From a virus (lineage: Duplodnaviria; Caudoviricetes): a stretch of DNA of 52,979 bases. Both the position numbers and the translations under genes were made by a program. A model generated the notes under the pieces. The model worked only from the letters and a program-made list of their open reading frames with translations. It searched no databases and was not told the origin of the DNA. The stretch lies in the IMG/VR virus record IMGVR_UViG_3300031364_000003, positions 1-52,979 of that record. One strand, given 5' to 3'. Below are positions 37,253 to 46,969 of this stretch, one piece after another; the first letter of the stretch is position 1; each line of letters starts with the position of its first letter.

Positions 37253-37417
37253 TTGCCTTTATTATCTGGGAAAGGTAAAAAAGTTAGATCACATAATATT
37301 AGTAAACTTATTAACGAGGGGTACTCTAAAGATCAAGCTGTAGCAATAGCATACAGCAAACAAAGGAGTGGTAAGCGTGCCTCAAGAACAATTAAAAGAA
37401 AAGGTACAAAAGCTTGA
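37253..37417 (+). CDS. Small basic phage protein of the MPL..G.....NI...G....QAVAIA type (absent from the ORF track)
   Basis: TTG start with AAGGAG SD; MPLLSGKGKKVRSHNISKLINEGYSKDQAVAIAYSK. Confidence 0.75.
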   Translation: MPLLSGKGKKVRSHNISKLINEGYSKDQAVAIAYSKQRSGKRASRTIKRKGTKA

Positions 37418-37595
37418 AGTGAAACAAGCTATCACTGATTCAGTTCTTGGTGAAATAAAAGAAGACTTGGGCATCCTTAGAGTCGAGGTTAAATCAGGTT
37501 TTAAAGAAATACAGAAATTTATTTTGAAATTGTTATGCTGGGTAATTGGAATATTATTGACAGCATTAGGTTATTATATTAAAATGAAACAATAG
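37377..37595 (+). CDS. XhlA-like / holin-like membrane protein
   Basis: Coiled coil plus one C-terminal TM helix at the end of the late operon. Confidence 0.6.
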   Translation: MPQEQLKEKVQKLEVKQAITDSVLGEIKEDLGILRVEVKSGFKEIQKFILKLLCWVIGILLTALGYYIKMKQ

Positions 37596-37610
37596 TCTTC
37601 TTTGTATGCG

Positions 37611-37760
37611 TTTCTGCATGCTTCCTGCATGCTTCCTGCATGCAAAAAATGTTATTACGTATACATACTAGTGCTATTCACTAGTAAACCCTATGAAACA
37701 CTTTAGCCCTATTAATAGGGCATTTTTTTTGCATAAGAAAAAAGAGCCAATGGCTCTTTT
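37611..37760. terminator. Intergenic region: three 11-mer tandem repeats and three hairpins including terminators
   Basis: TT(T/C)CTGCATGC x3; TACTAGTG/CACTAGTA; GCCCTATTAATAGGGGC plus T run; AAAAGAGCC/GGCTCTTTT. Confidence 0.7.
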
Positions 37761-37869
37761 CCTGTTCTACGTGCAAAAAATTTGGCACTCAAAGCTAAAA
37801 ACTAGATAAATATATATTATACCTTTTATTATAAAATATCAAGTGATATAATATAAAAAAAGAAAGGAC

Positions 37870-38292
37870 TTGGTATATATGTTAGAAATATTTAAATTAG
37901 AATCGGTTTGGGTAGCTTGCCTAGTCAACTCAATTTCTATGATTATAGTGACTTTAATATTTATAAACCATAGCAAATTAGAAAATTTAAGACATCGCCT
38001 CTTGCTCGACGAAATAGATGTAAGAACAGTCCAAAATAAAATACTACTAAATAGAATAGAGAATCTAGAGAAGAGAGTAGCTACAGAACCTATAGGGCCT
38101 ACAGGTTCTACAGGGCCTATAGAACCTATAGAGCATACAGAATCTACAGAAACTACAGAACCTACAGAATCTACAGAGCCCATTAATTCTAAAGAATATA
38201 TAGAGTTCGTTAATTCTAAAGAATATATAGAGTTCACTGAATCTACAGGGTTATACAAAGCTATGGAGGCTTATTGTGAACGTACTAATTAG
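37870..38292 (+). CDS. Membrane-anchored hypothetical protein with TE(P/S) repeats
   Basis: N-terminal TM helix; 9-bp repeat tract; AAGGA SD with TTG start. Confidence 0.55.
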   Translation: MVYMLEIFKLESVWVACLVNSISMIIVTLIFINHSKLENLRHRLLLDEIDVRTVQNKILLNRIENLEKRVATEPIGPTGSTGPIEPIEHTESTETTEPTESTEPINSKEYIEFVNSKEYIEFTESTGLYKAMEAYCERTN

Positions 38293-39067
38293 GCTTAAAT
38301 ATCAGGATAAGTTTAGAGAATACAGTCCTGAGAAACAATTTAATATATCAAAATATTACAAGTTATTTGTAAACTCCACCTGGATAGATAGTATTCTAGG
38401 TGGGTTTAAAACACCCATAAAAAACAGAGACTTAATTATCTTCTGGATAAATAATAAATATCCAGTATCTACCAAAGATTTAGATATTTATATGTCTAAA
38501 GCTCCAGATGTCAAAAATATACCGGAATATATGAGCATAATAAATGTCATAACTGCATTTCAGGATACTCATTATCATCTATGCTATACTTTTGATAATG
38601 TAATGCATAGCCTTGGCAAAGGATATCCGTGGATCCCTGGGTATATAAAATTCATATGCCCAGAAACATTCTTGAACACATTAAAAGTAGAATATATAGA
38701 AGGAGATGTAGAAATGAATAGATGGGCAATTCTGTATGACTATACATATACAAGTATAGAAATACAGCTTAAAATATGTAATGCAGCTATAAAGTGGCAT
38801 AGTCATATGAGGGATAACCTAAAGATATGGAAACACCAAGGCCTAATAACATTTAGATCTATAGTTACAGACTCGCAGATAAAAACCTGGGTAGAAGAGA
38901 ATTTCTTAGAAGGATATATATGGTTCATCAAAGGTCCACCTTCTAGACCAAGTTTAAACTTGGAGATAGCTAAATATGGACATACACTCGTAAACTCTAA
39001 AATTCTAATATATGGTATGGAAGAGTTTAGAGAAATGATAGATAGATATATAAAAATAAAGGAGTGA
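38276..39067 (+). CDS. Hypothetical protein
   Basis: GGAGG SD; GTG start; 263 aa. Confidence 0.75.
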   Translation: MNVLIRLKYQDKFREYSPEKQFNISKYYKLFVNSTWIDSILGGFKTPIKNRDLIIFWINNKYPVSTKDLDIYMSKAPDVKNIPEYMSIINVITAFQDTHYHLCYTFDNVMHSLGKGYPWIPGYIKFICPETFLNTLKVEYIEGDVEMNRWAILYDYTYTSIEIQLKICNAAIKWHSHMRDNLKIWKHQGLITFRSIVTDSQIKTWVEENFLEGYIWFIKGPPSRPSLNLEIAKYGHTLVNSKILIYGMEEFREMIDRYIKIKE

Positions 39068-39264
39068 AGAATATGTTCATAAATTTTGTAATAGATGCAG
39101 ATAACACAGATGATATAATAAAAGCTATAGAGCTTTTGAGCTATCATCTGAATAACCAAAGTTTAGAGCCAAAAAAAGAAAACTGGGAAGAAGAAAATAA
39201 ACAGCTCATGGAGGAAACATGGAAGAAAAAAAACTCAGACCTAGCGCAGCCGAAAGATGGCTAA
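39064..39264 (+). CDS. Hypothetical protein
   Basis: AAGGAG SD. Confidence 0.6.
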   Translation: MKNMFINFVIDADNTDDIIKAIELLSYHLNNQSLEPKKENWEEENKQLMEETWKKKNSDLAQPKDG

Positions 39265-40409
39265 ATTGTACAGGCTCTGTAGAATATGGGTCTATACCAC
39301 CTACAGAACATACAAACGATGGAATAGAGGCCCATCGGCTAATAGAAACTATCCTAACTGGGGGGTTTGATTCTATAGCTTTCCCATCTGAGGAAATGAA
39401 GCTAGCTATAGCAGCCTATATACAATATATATGGCCTATGGCTATAGCATCTGATGATTGGGGAACGGAAGAAAAAATATTTATAGAAAAAGCTATAGGA
39501 TTTGGGACATGTGACTTTTGGGCTGTGGAGGGCAAGATGCTTCATATAGTAGACTTTAAATATGGGACAGGAAAGAGAGTATTTGCACATCAGAACCCTC
39601 AGCTTATGCTATATGCATATGGTATGTGGCGTGTTTTAGACGCTGAGGGGAGGGGAATAGAGGATATAGCTCTACATATTGTACAGCCAAGAAAGAATAA
39701 GAGGGGTGTGTTTGATAAATACACTCTCTCTCTGGATGGTCTAAACGAGTGGATAAATGGGGTTATTATTCCTGTTGTCAATGATATTTATTGCAATAGG
39801 ATAAGTTTCAAAAGAGGACATTGGTGCTGGTTTTGTGCTGGGAAGAAGTCATGTCCAGCAGTATTGACATTTAAAGCAAGGAAATATTTTGGAGGAGGAA
39901 TGAATATGAATCCTATGGATTTTATACTGCGGAAAGGATATGTATGTGCATATCCACATCTAGATAAAAAAGTTGAGTCGTTATCTGGTACTTTGGAATA
40001 CCAAGTTACCATAGTTATACCTAATGATGATGCTGAAGCATCAGCGTGCCTACAGAATGCATTAGTTGGAGCTATTAAGAAAGGTAAGGATATGTGGGAA
40101 GGCAAATCGATTAAAATAGATTTAGACGATATTCTAAAGGAGTCCGAAGCTCCATGGGCTGAAGGAGGTCTTCTCCTTAAGCTTAAGAATAACAGGGATT
40201 CTATACCTATTATTGGGGCTAATAAAGAATACATGGCCCCAACAGAGATAAAGGCTGGGGACATACTAGCTATCCATGGAACATTCTATCCTTATAATAC
40301 AAAGGGTAGAAAAGGGATAACATGTTATCTCAATTCTATATTTTATATATCTCCAGGTGAGCCTATATCTAATGAACCAGATCCTATGGATATATGGTTT
40401 CCTGAATAG
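39219..40409 (+). CDS. Cas4-like PD-(D/E)XK nuclease (DUF2800-like) fused in frame to an ssDNA-binding protein (DUF2815-like)
   Basis: PSAAERWLNCTGS, GFGTCD, IVDFKYG, NPQLMLYA, C.FC....CP; then YP.L, FYPYN..G.KGI...LN. Confidence 0.85.
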   Translation: MEEKKLRPSAAERWLNCTGSVEYGSIPPTEHTNDGIEAHRLIETILTGGFDSIAFPSEEMKLAIAAYIQYIWPMAIASDDWGTEEKIFIEKAIGFGTCDFWAVEGKMLHIVDFKYGTGKRVFAHQNPQLMLYAYGMWRVLDAEGRGIEDIALHIVQPRKNKRGVFDKYTLSLDGLNEWINGVIIPVVNDIYCNRISFKRGHWCWFCAGKKSCPAVLTFKARKYFGGGMNMNPMDFILRKGYVCAYPHLDKKVESLSGTLEYQVTIVIPNDDAEASACLQNALVGAIKKGKDMWEGKSIKIDLDDILKESEAPWAEGGLLLKLKNNRDSIPIIGANKEYMAPTEIKAGDILAIHGTFYPYNTKGRKGITCYLNSIFYISPGEPISNEPDPMDIWFPE

Positions 40410-40490
40410 CCCAGGAAATATTGACAAATAGGTAAAGTTGTTATAAAATTAATATGATTCGCGTATTATCAAAAAAAGGAGAATAGAAAA

Positions 40491-41090
40491 ATGGATAAAA
40501 AAATAGACGAAAGCAAGTTAAATGTTATCAAAAAGATAGTATTTGATAATGGACATGAGCTGGAAATGGATGAGTATACTGCATATGCAGTGTTCGTAAG
40601 TTTCCCACCTGGCTACCTAAAGGATGCAGACCCAGATATTGGGGCTTCCATTGTAAGAATGGGGGGATACCAGAATATAAAACATAACTATCAGTTAGCT
40701 ATGGCGATTAAAGCTGCCTCACAAAAAATGAAAGATGCAGCTGTTAAGAAATTAGATGATAAAGACGACATATTAGATACTCTAAGAGAACTACATGCCA
40801 TAAAAAAAACTATAGAAAAAAAAGGCTACGAAAATTGCAATAAAGAATGTAAAGAATATGCTGAAAAACTTATACAGCTAGGGATTAAAAATCCCTTGTT
40901 TATGAAGCTAACTGATAAAAGGTTTGAGTCTAAAGCTGATACTGAAACCTTTATAAAAGAGAATATAGATATAATAAAAGCAATTACAGATTTCTACGGG
41001 TTTAACGTAGGAGCTGATGATTTGATAAATAAATTAGATATTTTAAGAAAGAGAAAGGATGAAGAAAATGAACGTGAAAAAGTTAATTAG
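40491..41090 (+). CDS. Hypothetical protein
   Basis: Promoter TTGACA-17-TAAAAT at 40421-40449; AAGGAG SD. Confidence 0.75.
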   Translation: MDKKIDESKLNVIKKIVFDNGHELEMDEYTAYAVFVSFPPGYLKDADPDIGASIVRMGGYQNIKHNYQLAMAIKAASQKMKDAAVKKLDDKDDILDTLRELHAIKKTIEKKGYENCNKECKEYAEKLIQLGIKNPLFMKLTDKRFESKADTETFIKENIDIIKAITDFYGFNVGADDLINKLDILRKRKDEENEREKVN

Positions 41091-41991
41091 TAGTATAATG
41101 GTTATAGTCCTTTTATTAGGACTATGCAGTTTTAGCTTCGCAGCCGAGGGTGACAAATTAGTACAGTACAAAGAGGCCAATCTATACAGGTCTAGAGTAT
41201 ACATGGAACCAGACTATATCACTGAGTTCCAAGAAGTAGATGTTCTCTCTGGAAATACAGAGATGAAATACTATTGCAAAGTAGGAAATAAAGAGATGAA
41301 TCCTGGCGACAAAATGAAATTTAAAGATCTTGGGGAATATACATGCAAAGTTTTAAATGGAGCTATAGTCCTTGGAACAAAAGAGGGAAAGTTAAAAGAA
41401 GGTCTAAATAAAATAGACCTAAGCATAAAGGTTATGAATAAAACCATCACCTACAGGTTCAAAATTAAAGTAACCAAAGTAGATTCAAAGCGTATAGATA
41501 AAGACAAATTCAACTGGGTTAAAGTAGAAAATTCTAGCCTAAAGTGGAAACTTATTCTTACCTATGGCAAAAAGTTCAAAAAAGAATTTATAAACTTAGG
41601 TGAAACCAAGGAGACAGACCTAGAGAAAGTTTATTCAAGAGGATATGTAGAGCTGAACAAATCTAAATGGTATACAGGGAATTTAGAATTGTGTTTAGGA
41701 GATAATGGCCTAAATACTAAACCATTTCAGATAGAAAAGTATCCTAGACTATGGTGGAAAGGTGAGTTCATTGTAGGGCTAACTCAACCAGAACCTAGTA
41801 TCAGTCCTAGTGATAGTACTACAGTAACTACAGATATTCCTACAGATACACCTAGCACAGCAGGAACAGATGAAGATCAGCTCCCTAAAACAGGAGAAAC
41901 TAATCCTGTATTTGTAATAGGAATAGGCGTATTTATGATTTGCGCAGGTGTAATAATATTTCTTAAAAAAAAAGAAGTAACTAATTGCTAA
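41068..41991 (+). CDS. LPXTG cell-wall-anchored protein
   Basis: Signal peptide ending SFA-A; P/S/T linker; LPKTGE followed by TM helix and KKK. Confidence 0.88.
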   Translation: MNVKKLISSIMVIVLLLGLCSFSFAAEGDKLVQYKEANLYRSRVYMEPDYITEFQEVDVLSGNTEMKYYCKVGNKEMNPGDKMKFKDLGEYTCKVLNGAIVLGTKEGKLKEGLNKIDLSIKVMNKTITYRFKIKVTKVDSKRIDKDKFNWVKVENSSLKWKLILTYGKKFKKEFINLGETKETDLEKVYSRGYVELNKSKWYTGNLELCLGDNGLNTKPFQIEKYPRLWWKGEFIVGLTQPEPSISPSDSTTVTTDIPTDTPSTAGTDEDQLPKTGETNPVFVIGIGVFMICAGVIIFLKKKEVTNC

Positions 41992-42098
41992 AATTTATTC
42001 TTAGGGCTCTATTAGGGGCCCTAGCTATTATCTTCTCTGTTGGTTTTTTATTCGCTGTATTATTTTTTTTCTTTATATTAATTTTATATTGGAGGTGA
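41985..42098 (+). CDS. Small hydrophobic peptide, 37 aa
   Basis: MLKFILRALLGALAIIFSVGFLFAVLFFFFILILYWR; fills the gap; weak SD. Confidence 0.4.
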   Translation: MLKFILRALLGALAIIFSVGFLFAVLFFFFILILYWR

Positions 42099-42105
42099 GG
42101 GGTAT

Positions 42106-42294
42106 ATGTCCCTCCTTAGAATTATGTATCTAAAATCACTAGAAGCTACAACTCAATTACCTGGGAAACCTGAAAATATAAAGATAATAAAAGAGCTGTC
42201 TAATGTAAATATTATAAACTGGAAGGAGGAAGAAAATGTATCACACAAACACAGCAATTTTGAGAAAGCTAGCTCTAAAATCGCTAAAAAATGA
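42106..42294 (+). CDS. Hypothetical protein
   Basis: GGAGGTGAGG SD. Confidence 0.55.
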   Translation: MSLLRIMYLKSLEATTQLPGKPENIKIIKELSNVNIINWKEEENVSHKHSNFEKASSKIAKK

Positions 42295-42403
42295 ATGGAT
42301 AAAGGAAGGTTACATGTCTAGAGATTATGTGGGGCCTCCAGATACTAAAAATACCAAAGTCGATAAAGATGCTAAAGAACAAAATAATATAGAGTCTTCA
42401 TAA
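42236..42403 (+). CDS. Hypothetical protein, 55 aa (absent from the ORF track)
   Basis: AAGGAGG SD; ends in the terminator loop. Confidence 0.55.
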   Translation: MYHTNTAILRKLALKSLKNEWIKEGYMSRDYVGPPDTKNTKVDKDAKEQNNIESS

Positions 42404-42420
42404 GAGACTCTATATTATTT
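42382..42420. terminator. Bidirectional terminator
   Basis: 16-bp stem AAATAATATAGAGTCT/AGACTCTATATTATTT. Confidence 0.85.
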
Positions 42421-42496
42421 CTCGCCAACATAAACATATTCTAAACATACTTATAATATCTTTATATTATCATAATATATATGCTATGTCAAACAT

Positions 42497-42530
42497 AAAA
42501 AAGATAGAGGTGAGGAATCTCTATCTTTTT
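42497..42530. terminator. Bidirectional terminator
   Basis: AAAAAGATAGAG/CTCTATCTTTTT. Confidence 0.85.
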
Positions 42531-42574
42531 ACTCCGATGTTAAAAAAAATTTAATATGTACCCTATATATGATA

Positions 42575-42700
42575 TCATATTAATAAAAAAGTGTCAACTA
42601 GATCTTTCAATTCTGAAAGAATTATAAGCATAAAGCCCATGCAGAATCCAAGAATAGAAATAAGAATCAACGCAATTATTAGTTTAATTATCTTCCCCAT
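42575..42700 (-). CDS. Small membrane peptide, 41 aa
   Basis: MGKIIKLIIALILISILGFCMGFMLIILSE..; AAGGA SD. Confidence 0.5.
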   Translation of the reverse strand: MGKIIKLIIALILISILGFCMGFMLIILSELKDLVDTFLLI

Positions 42701-42905
42701 TTTTTGATTCCTTTCTTTTATCCATTCCTATCTTTTTTATTCTCCGTAGTCTTCTTATTTTCTTTAGTCTTTCTTCCTCTAGCTTGTCTACGTAAATACA
42801 AACCGCCATTGTCCACACACATAATAAAACTGTAATATAAGTATTCCGTATTATAGCAGCAATAAACCCATAAGCTATTATCACGGAAAGCTGTATCATC
42901 TTCAT
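42684..42905 (-). CDS. Small two-TM protein
   Basis: Hydrophobic N-terminus and basic tail; ATGA coupling. Confidence 0.6.
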   Translation of the reverse strand: MKMIQLSVIIAYGFIAAIIRNTYITVLLCVWTMAVCIYVDKLEEERLKKIRRLRRIKKIGMDKRKESKNGEDN

Positions 42906-43057
42906 TTCCGTTTCCAACTTTCTATCTTGAAATTTAGCATAGCTTCACCAGCTATAAAGCCGCATAATATTGGAAATAGAAAGTTCCGTGTCATAATAAA
43001 GGTTATTAAAGCTGCTGTAGCTGATACAATAAGTACTATAAATTCTCTAGTCTTCAT
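42902..43057 (-). CDS. Small membrane protein, 51 aa (absent from the ORF track)
   Basis: MKTREFIVLIVSATAALITFIM..; GGAGG SD. Confidence 0.6.
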   Translation of the reverse strand: MKTREFIVLIVSATAALITFIMTRNFLFPILCGFIAGEAMLNFKIESWKRK

Positions 43058-44351
43058 ATATTTCCTCCATTACCGCAGATATTAAGGCTTGTTGACTGCT
43101 CTCTTTTCCCTTGAGAGCTTTAGCCATTCTAGAATCTATAGTGTTCCTGGTCAATATCCTGTAGATTCTGACATCTTTAGTCTGCCCACGTCTAAAGAGT
43201 CTTTTTATAGCTTGATCATATAGTTCTAGGTTCCAGGTAATCCCATACCATATCATAATAGAACCTCCACTCTGTAGGTTAAGTCCGTATCCCATAGACT
43301 GTGGATGGGCTACAGATACTTTTTGCTCTCTAGAGTTCCATTTGCTATATTCAAATTCCTTTGTATCCTTGAGTTTTAGAATAGAGCCTTTATCATGAAT
43401 AAAACTATACAGAACTATAGCATTATCATCCGCTTGGAGTAATAAGTCCTTTAATGCTTCAAGCTTTAAAGAATGGATGAATACACTCCCCCCATCCTCT
43501 GCATATACAATACCATTAGCCATCTGTTGAAGTTTCATGGCTAAAACTGCCGCTGTAGGGGCTGTGATGTCTAGAGTGCCTACGCTGAGTATATAGTCTT
43601 TCTTGAGCTGGTTGTATAGCTTTCTCTCCGCTTGAGACATATCGACATATATATCTATAAGCTGGCATGTAATATCTAGATTTGGGACAGGTATACTTAA
43701 GCATACAGGCTTTATGGCTTCGTAGATTTTATCCTCTGCTCCTTCTTTAGGCTTCCACTCTACAACTACATTGTTTATTATTTTACCTGGCCTAAAGTAT
43801 TCCTGCTGGAAGTCCTTTATGTATTTCCCAAGAACTACAGAATCTAAAAGCCTTACTAGTCCCCATATGCTATAGATTCCATTGGGGCATGGTGTACCTG
43901 TAAGCTCTATTAAACGTTCTAAGTTCTTACGCATCTGTCTCATGGCTTTATGTCTCTTGGACGAAGGGCTGCGGAACATAGATGCTTCATCCAGGATAAC
44001 ATATCTAAAGCTCTTTAGATAGCCTCCTTTGTACATATCTTTGAATAAGTCTACAGAGAGAGTGTATATATCTGCGTCGAATCTTAGTTTCTTTCGCCTC
44101 TGGGCTGGGGTTCCGTCCAGGGAAATAACACGTAGCCCTAGATTAAATTTGGCAACTTCATCCTTCCAGGTAAATTTAGCTACAGATGGAGGAGCTACAA
44201 CTAACCAGGGATAAACACCTAGCTCCTTTATAACACATAGGCTGATTAGAGTTTTCCCGCTTCCCATAGGGAGGAAAAGGCCTACGTATCTGTTGTCGAG
44301 TGCGAATCTGAGAGCTTGTACCTGATATTCTGAGAGAGTAAAATTGAGCAT
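43047..44351 (-). CDS. SNF2-family helicase
   Basis: MGSGKT, ILDEAS, LTGTP, GYGLNLQ, QA..RLFRRGQ. Confidence 0.93.
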   Translation of the reverse strand: MLNFTLSEYQVQALRFALDNRYVGLFLPMGSGKTLISLCVIKELGVYPWLVVAPPSVAKFTWKDEVAKFNLGLRVISLDGTPAQRRKKLRFDADIYTLSVDLFKDMYKGGYLKSFRYVILDEASMFRSPSSKRHKAMRQMRKNLERLIELTGTPCPNGIYSIWGLVRLLDSVVLGKYIKDFQQEYFRPGKIINNVVVEWKPKEGAEDKIYEAIKPVCLSIPVPNLDITCQLIDIYVDMSQAERKLYNQLKKDYILSVGTLDITAPTAAVLAMKLQQMANGIVYAEDGGSVFIHSLKLEALKDLLLQADDNAIVLYSFIHDKGSILKLKDTKEFEYSKWNSREQKVSVAHPQSMGYGLNLQSGGSIMIWYGITWNLELYDQAIKRLFRRGQTKDVRIYRILTRNTIDSRMAKALKGKESSQQALISAVMEEIYED

Positions 44352-44605
44352 ATAACATCCACATCCTTCCTAGAGTTTACTATGTATACAAGTACTCCGT
44401 GTTTCTTAAGTTTATTGTGCATGTACCGCTGATATAGCCTAGTTTTGCCAACGCTAGATTTTGTTTCTACGAATATTTGGCAGCCATATCTTATTATTAT
44501 CCGGTCAGGCATCCCTCTAGTCGTTGGGGACTGTATCTTTAGGCATAAGCCGCCTATCTCGGTAATCTTTTTATATAGATATCGTTCGATTTCCCGCTCC
44601 AACAT
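44282..44605 (-). CDS. VRR-NUC nuclease
   Basis: EREIE, GG.C.K, G.PDR, FVETK, Q. Confidence 0.9.
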   Translation of the reverse strand: MLEREIERYLYKKITEIGGLCLKIQSPTTRGMPDRIIIRYGCQIFVETKSSVGKTRLYQRYMHNKLKKHGVLVYIVNSRKDVDVICSILLSQNIRYKLSDSHSTTDT

Positions 44606-44760
44606 ATGCCTTTCCCCCTCTGTTTATCCATGAATCTTTCCCTCTCTGAGTCTAGAGCTAAAGCTTTGCACTCAGGGCACATACCGTATTTTTTGCTATA
44701 ATTTCCGTGGAAAATACAATATGTACTAAATTCTTCGTTTAATTCGTCCATAAAATTCAC
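44554..44760 (-). CDS. Hypothetical protein
   Basis: C..H...CPEC; first gene of the leftward operon. Confidence 0.5.
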   Translation of the reverse strand: MNFMDELNEEFSTYCIFHGNYSKKYGMCPECKALALDSERERFMDKQRGKGICWSGKSNDIYIKRLPR

Positions 44761-44857
44761 CTTTATTTTTAATTTTATTATAAGGTGGATAGAATTACAA
44801 TAATATTTCTGATATAATATATAGTATACATTTTAAAAAAGCGAGGAGATGTAAAAA

Positions 44858-45682
44858 TTGGGAAATAAAGGAATTCCAAAAAAAATATTAGAAATGAGAA
44901 ACTGGGTCTCCACTGATCTCAAAAGCGGGAAACCCAATACATCAATAAGCAAGAATTTATTCAATTTTCAAGAAACCATAACTCCCGGCTTCGTATTCAA
45001 CCTCCAGCATAATATATCCGGCGTTGATATAGATGATTGTATCACTATTTCCCAGAGTTGTCAAGGGAAAATGATAAATAAGCAAGCCCTCTATTTTATA
45101 CAGAAATTCGACAGCTATACAGAGATTTCACGCTCTGGAACTGGGATACATATTTTATTTGAGGCTGATAAGGCCAAAATAGCTAAAGTGATGGGAGATG
45201 AAAGACAAGGCGTACGAAAAAAAATTGGTACTGTAGGGTGGGAATTTTATATAGCTGGAAGGCAATTTATCATTACGGGAAATAGTAATGGTAAAGATAT
45301 AAGATATATAAAATTTCATGAGCTTACAGAATTTTTAGATTTCATGATTCCAAAAAGACAACAGCCTAAAGCTTCAGGTGTAAGTCTTAGTATGGATGAT
45401 GAAGCAATAATACGGATTATCTCTAGATCAAAGCAAAAAGATAAATTTCTGGAACTTTGGAATAGGGATGCTGTAGATGGAAACAGCGACGGAGACATGG
45501 GGCTTGCAGGGATGTTGGCATTCTATACTCAGGATATAGAACAGTTAGTCCGGATTCTTAGATCTGCTCCATGCGGACAAAGGAAAAAGCTTGATAGAGA
45601 TAACTATATCTATAGGCTAGCACAAAAGGCTATAGACAATAGAAGTGGAACATATGAAGTTAGGAGGAACTCATATGCTTAA
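44858..45682 (+). CDS. Primase-polymerase (NrS-1-like AEP)
   Basis: GVDIDDC, YTEISRSGTGIHI, EFY..RQF..TG, SDGD..L...LAFYT. Confidence 0.88.
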   Translation: MGNKGIPKKILEMRNWVSTDLKSGKPNTSISKNLFNFQETITPGFVFNLQHNISGVDIDDCITISQSCQGKMINKQALYFIQKFDSYTEISRSGTGIHILFEADKAKIAKVMGDERQGVRKKIGTVGWEFYIAGRQFIITGNSNGKDIRYIKFHELTEFLDFMIPKRQQPKASGVSLSMDDEAIIRIISRSKQKDKFLELWNRDAVDGNSDGDMGLAGMLAFYTQDIEQLVRILRSAPCGQRKKLDRDNYIYRLAQKAIDNRSGTYEVRRNSYA

Positions 45683-46889
45683 GCTAGTTAGAGAACAAGT
45701 AAAACCAGAACTAAATTGGGATACGGACTTTGTTAAGTTTACCAAGTCCGGATGTATACCTAAACTATCTATCTCAAATTTAAAGGTGCTCTTAGACTAT
45801 TATGAAATAGAGCTTACCTATAATGAAATGACTCATGAGATAGAGATAGATGGCAAGCCTATAGAAAATAGGCACGATGTAATAGTAAAGGATTTAGCCA
45901 CAAAGCATGACTTTATAGGTGCTACAATAAATACAATTTCTCAGTATATGAATGCTGTAGCATATGAAAATAAGTACCATCCAGTTAAAAATTATTTAGA
46001 TCATCTAAAACCTGTAACCGGGATGCAGGAAATTAGGAAGCTTATAAAAACTCTAAAGCTTTCTAATGAGGATGATTCTGAATATGCTGAAATGCTTATT
46101 GTTAAGTGGCTTGTATCCTGTGTAGCCGCTATATATGAAGATGATTTCAGAAGCCAAGGAGCTTTGACTCTCCAGGGCAAGGGTGGAATTATGAAAAGTA
46201 GCTGGTTTAGGAAAATAATACCAAAGAAACACTGGTTTCGTGGCGAGTTCGTAGGGCTAGATGTAGGGAACAGAGATTCAGTACAAAAGGCCATAAAGTA
46301 CTGGATATGCGAACTTGCAGAGCTAGAGAGTACACTTAAGAAAGACTTTGTAGCTCTAAAGGGCTTTATTACGTCAGAATACGATGAATATAGAGCCGCT
46401 TATGAACGCAGGTTTGAAAAGCATCCACGAAGAACAGTATTCTGTAGCACTGTGAACTCAGTAGAGTTTATAAAAGATGATACAGGTGATAGAAGGTTCT
46501 GGGTGCTTGAGGTAGACGACATAGATATGAAGACAGAAATAGATACTGAAAAGCTATGGGCTGAGGTGCTTAGTTTATATAGATCAGGGGAAACATATTG
46601 GCCTGATCGAGAGCAAACTGAGGCTATTATGGAACAAAATAGGAATTACAGCATCAAGAGCAATCTAGATGATTACCTGGATTCTATAATAGATCCATCT
46701 AGACCACCAGAAGAATATACAGTCCAGAAAGTTACAGAAATTGTGCTCATGGACGCTAACATTCATGACGTCACAACATCTAAGGTTGGTAAAGCGTTGA
46801 ATAAGAGAGGCTTGCGGAGTAAAGTTAAGAAGATATATGGCAAACCGTGCAGAGTGTATAAGCTGTATATCAATCGCCGAGTAATTTAG
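45675..46889 (+). CDS. VirE/VapE family SF3 helicase
   Basis: YHPVK.YL, LQGKGGIMKS, WICELAEL, LKGFIT, TVN..F..D.TGDRRFW. Confidence 0.92.
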   Translation: MLKLVREQVKPELNWDTDFVKFTKSGCIPKLSISNLKVLLDYYEIELTYNEMTHEIEIDGKPIENRHDVIVKDLATKHDFIGATINTISQYMNAVAYENKYHPVKNYLDHLKPVTGMQEIRKLIKTLKLSNEDDSEYAEMLIVKWLVSCVAAIYEDDFRSQGALTLQGKGGIMKSSWFRKIIPKKHWFRGEFVGLDVGNRDSVQKAIKYWICELAELESTLKKDFVALKGFITSEYDEYRAAYERRFEKHPRRTVFCSTVNSVEFIKDDTGDRRFWVLEVDDIDMKTEIDTEKLWAEVLSLYRSGETYWPDREQTEAIMEQNRNYSIKSNLDDYLDSIIDPSRPPEEYTVQKVTEIVLMDANIHDVTTSKVGKALNKRGLRSKVKKIYGKPCRVYKLYINRRVI

Positions 46890-46969
46890 AATATGTCTAA
46901 CTGAATATAAAGATACTATGGAGCTTATTTATTTTGGGCTTAGTTTGTTAAATTTTTAACAATATGATG

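Noticed and set aside
37839-38258. 139-aa minus-strand ORF
   Set aside because: Mirror of the 9-bp repeat tract; the plus-strand ORF has an SD and fits the operon direction
39219-39890. CRISPR-associated Cas4
   Set aside because: The context is the phage DUF2800/SSB replication module; no array or other cas genes
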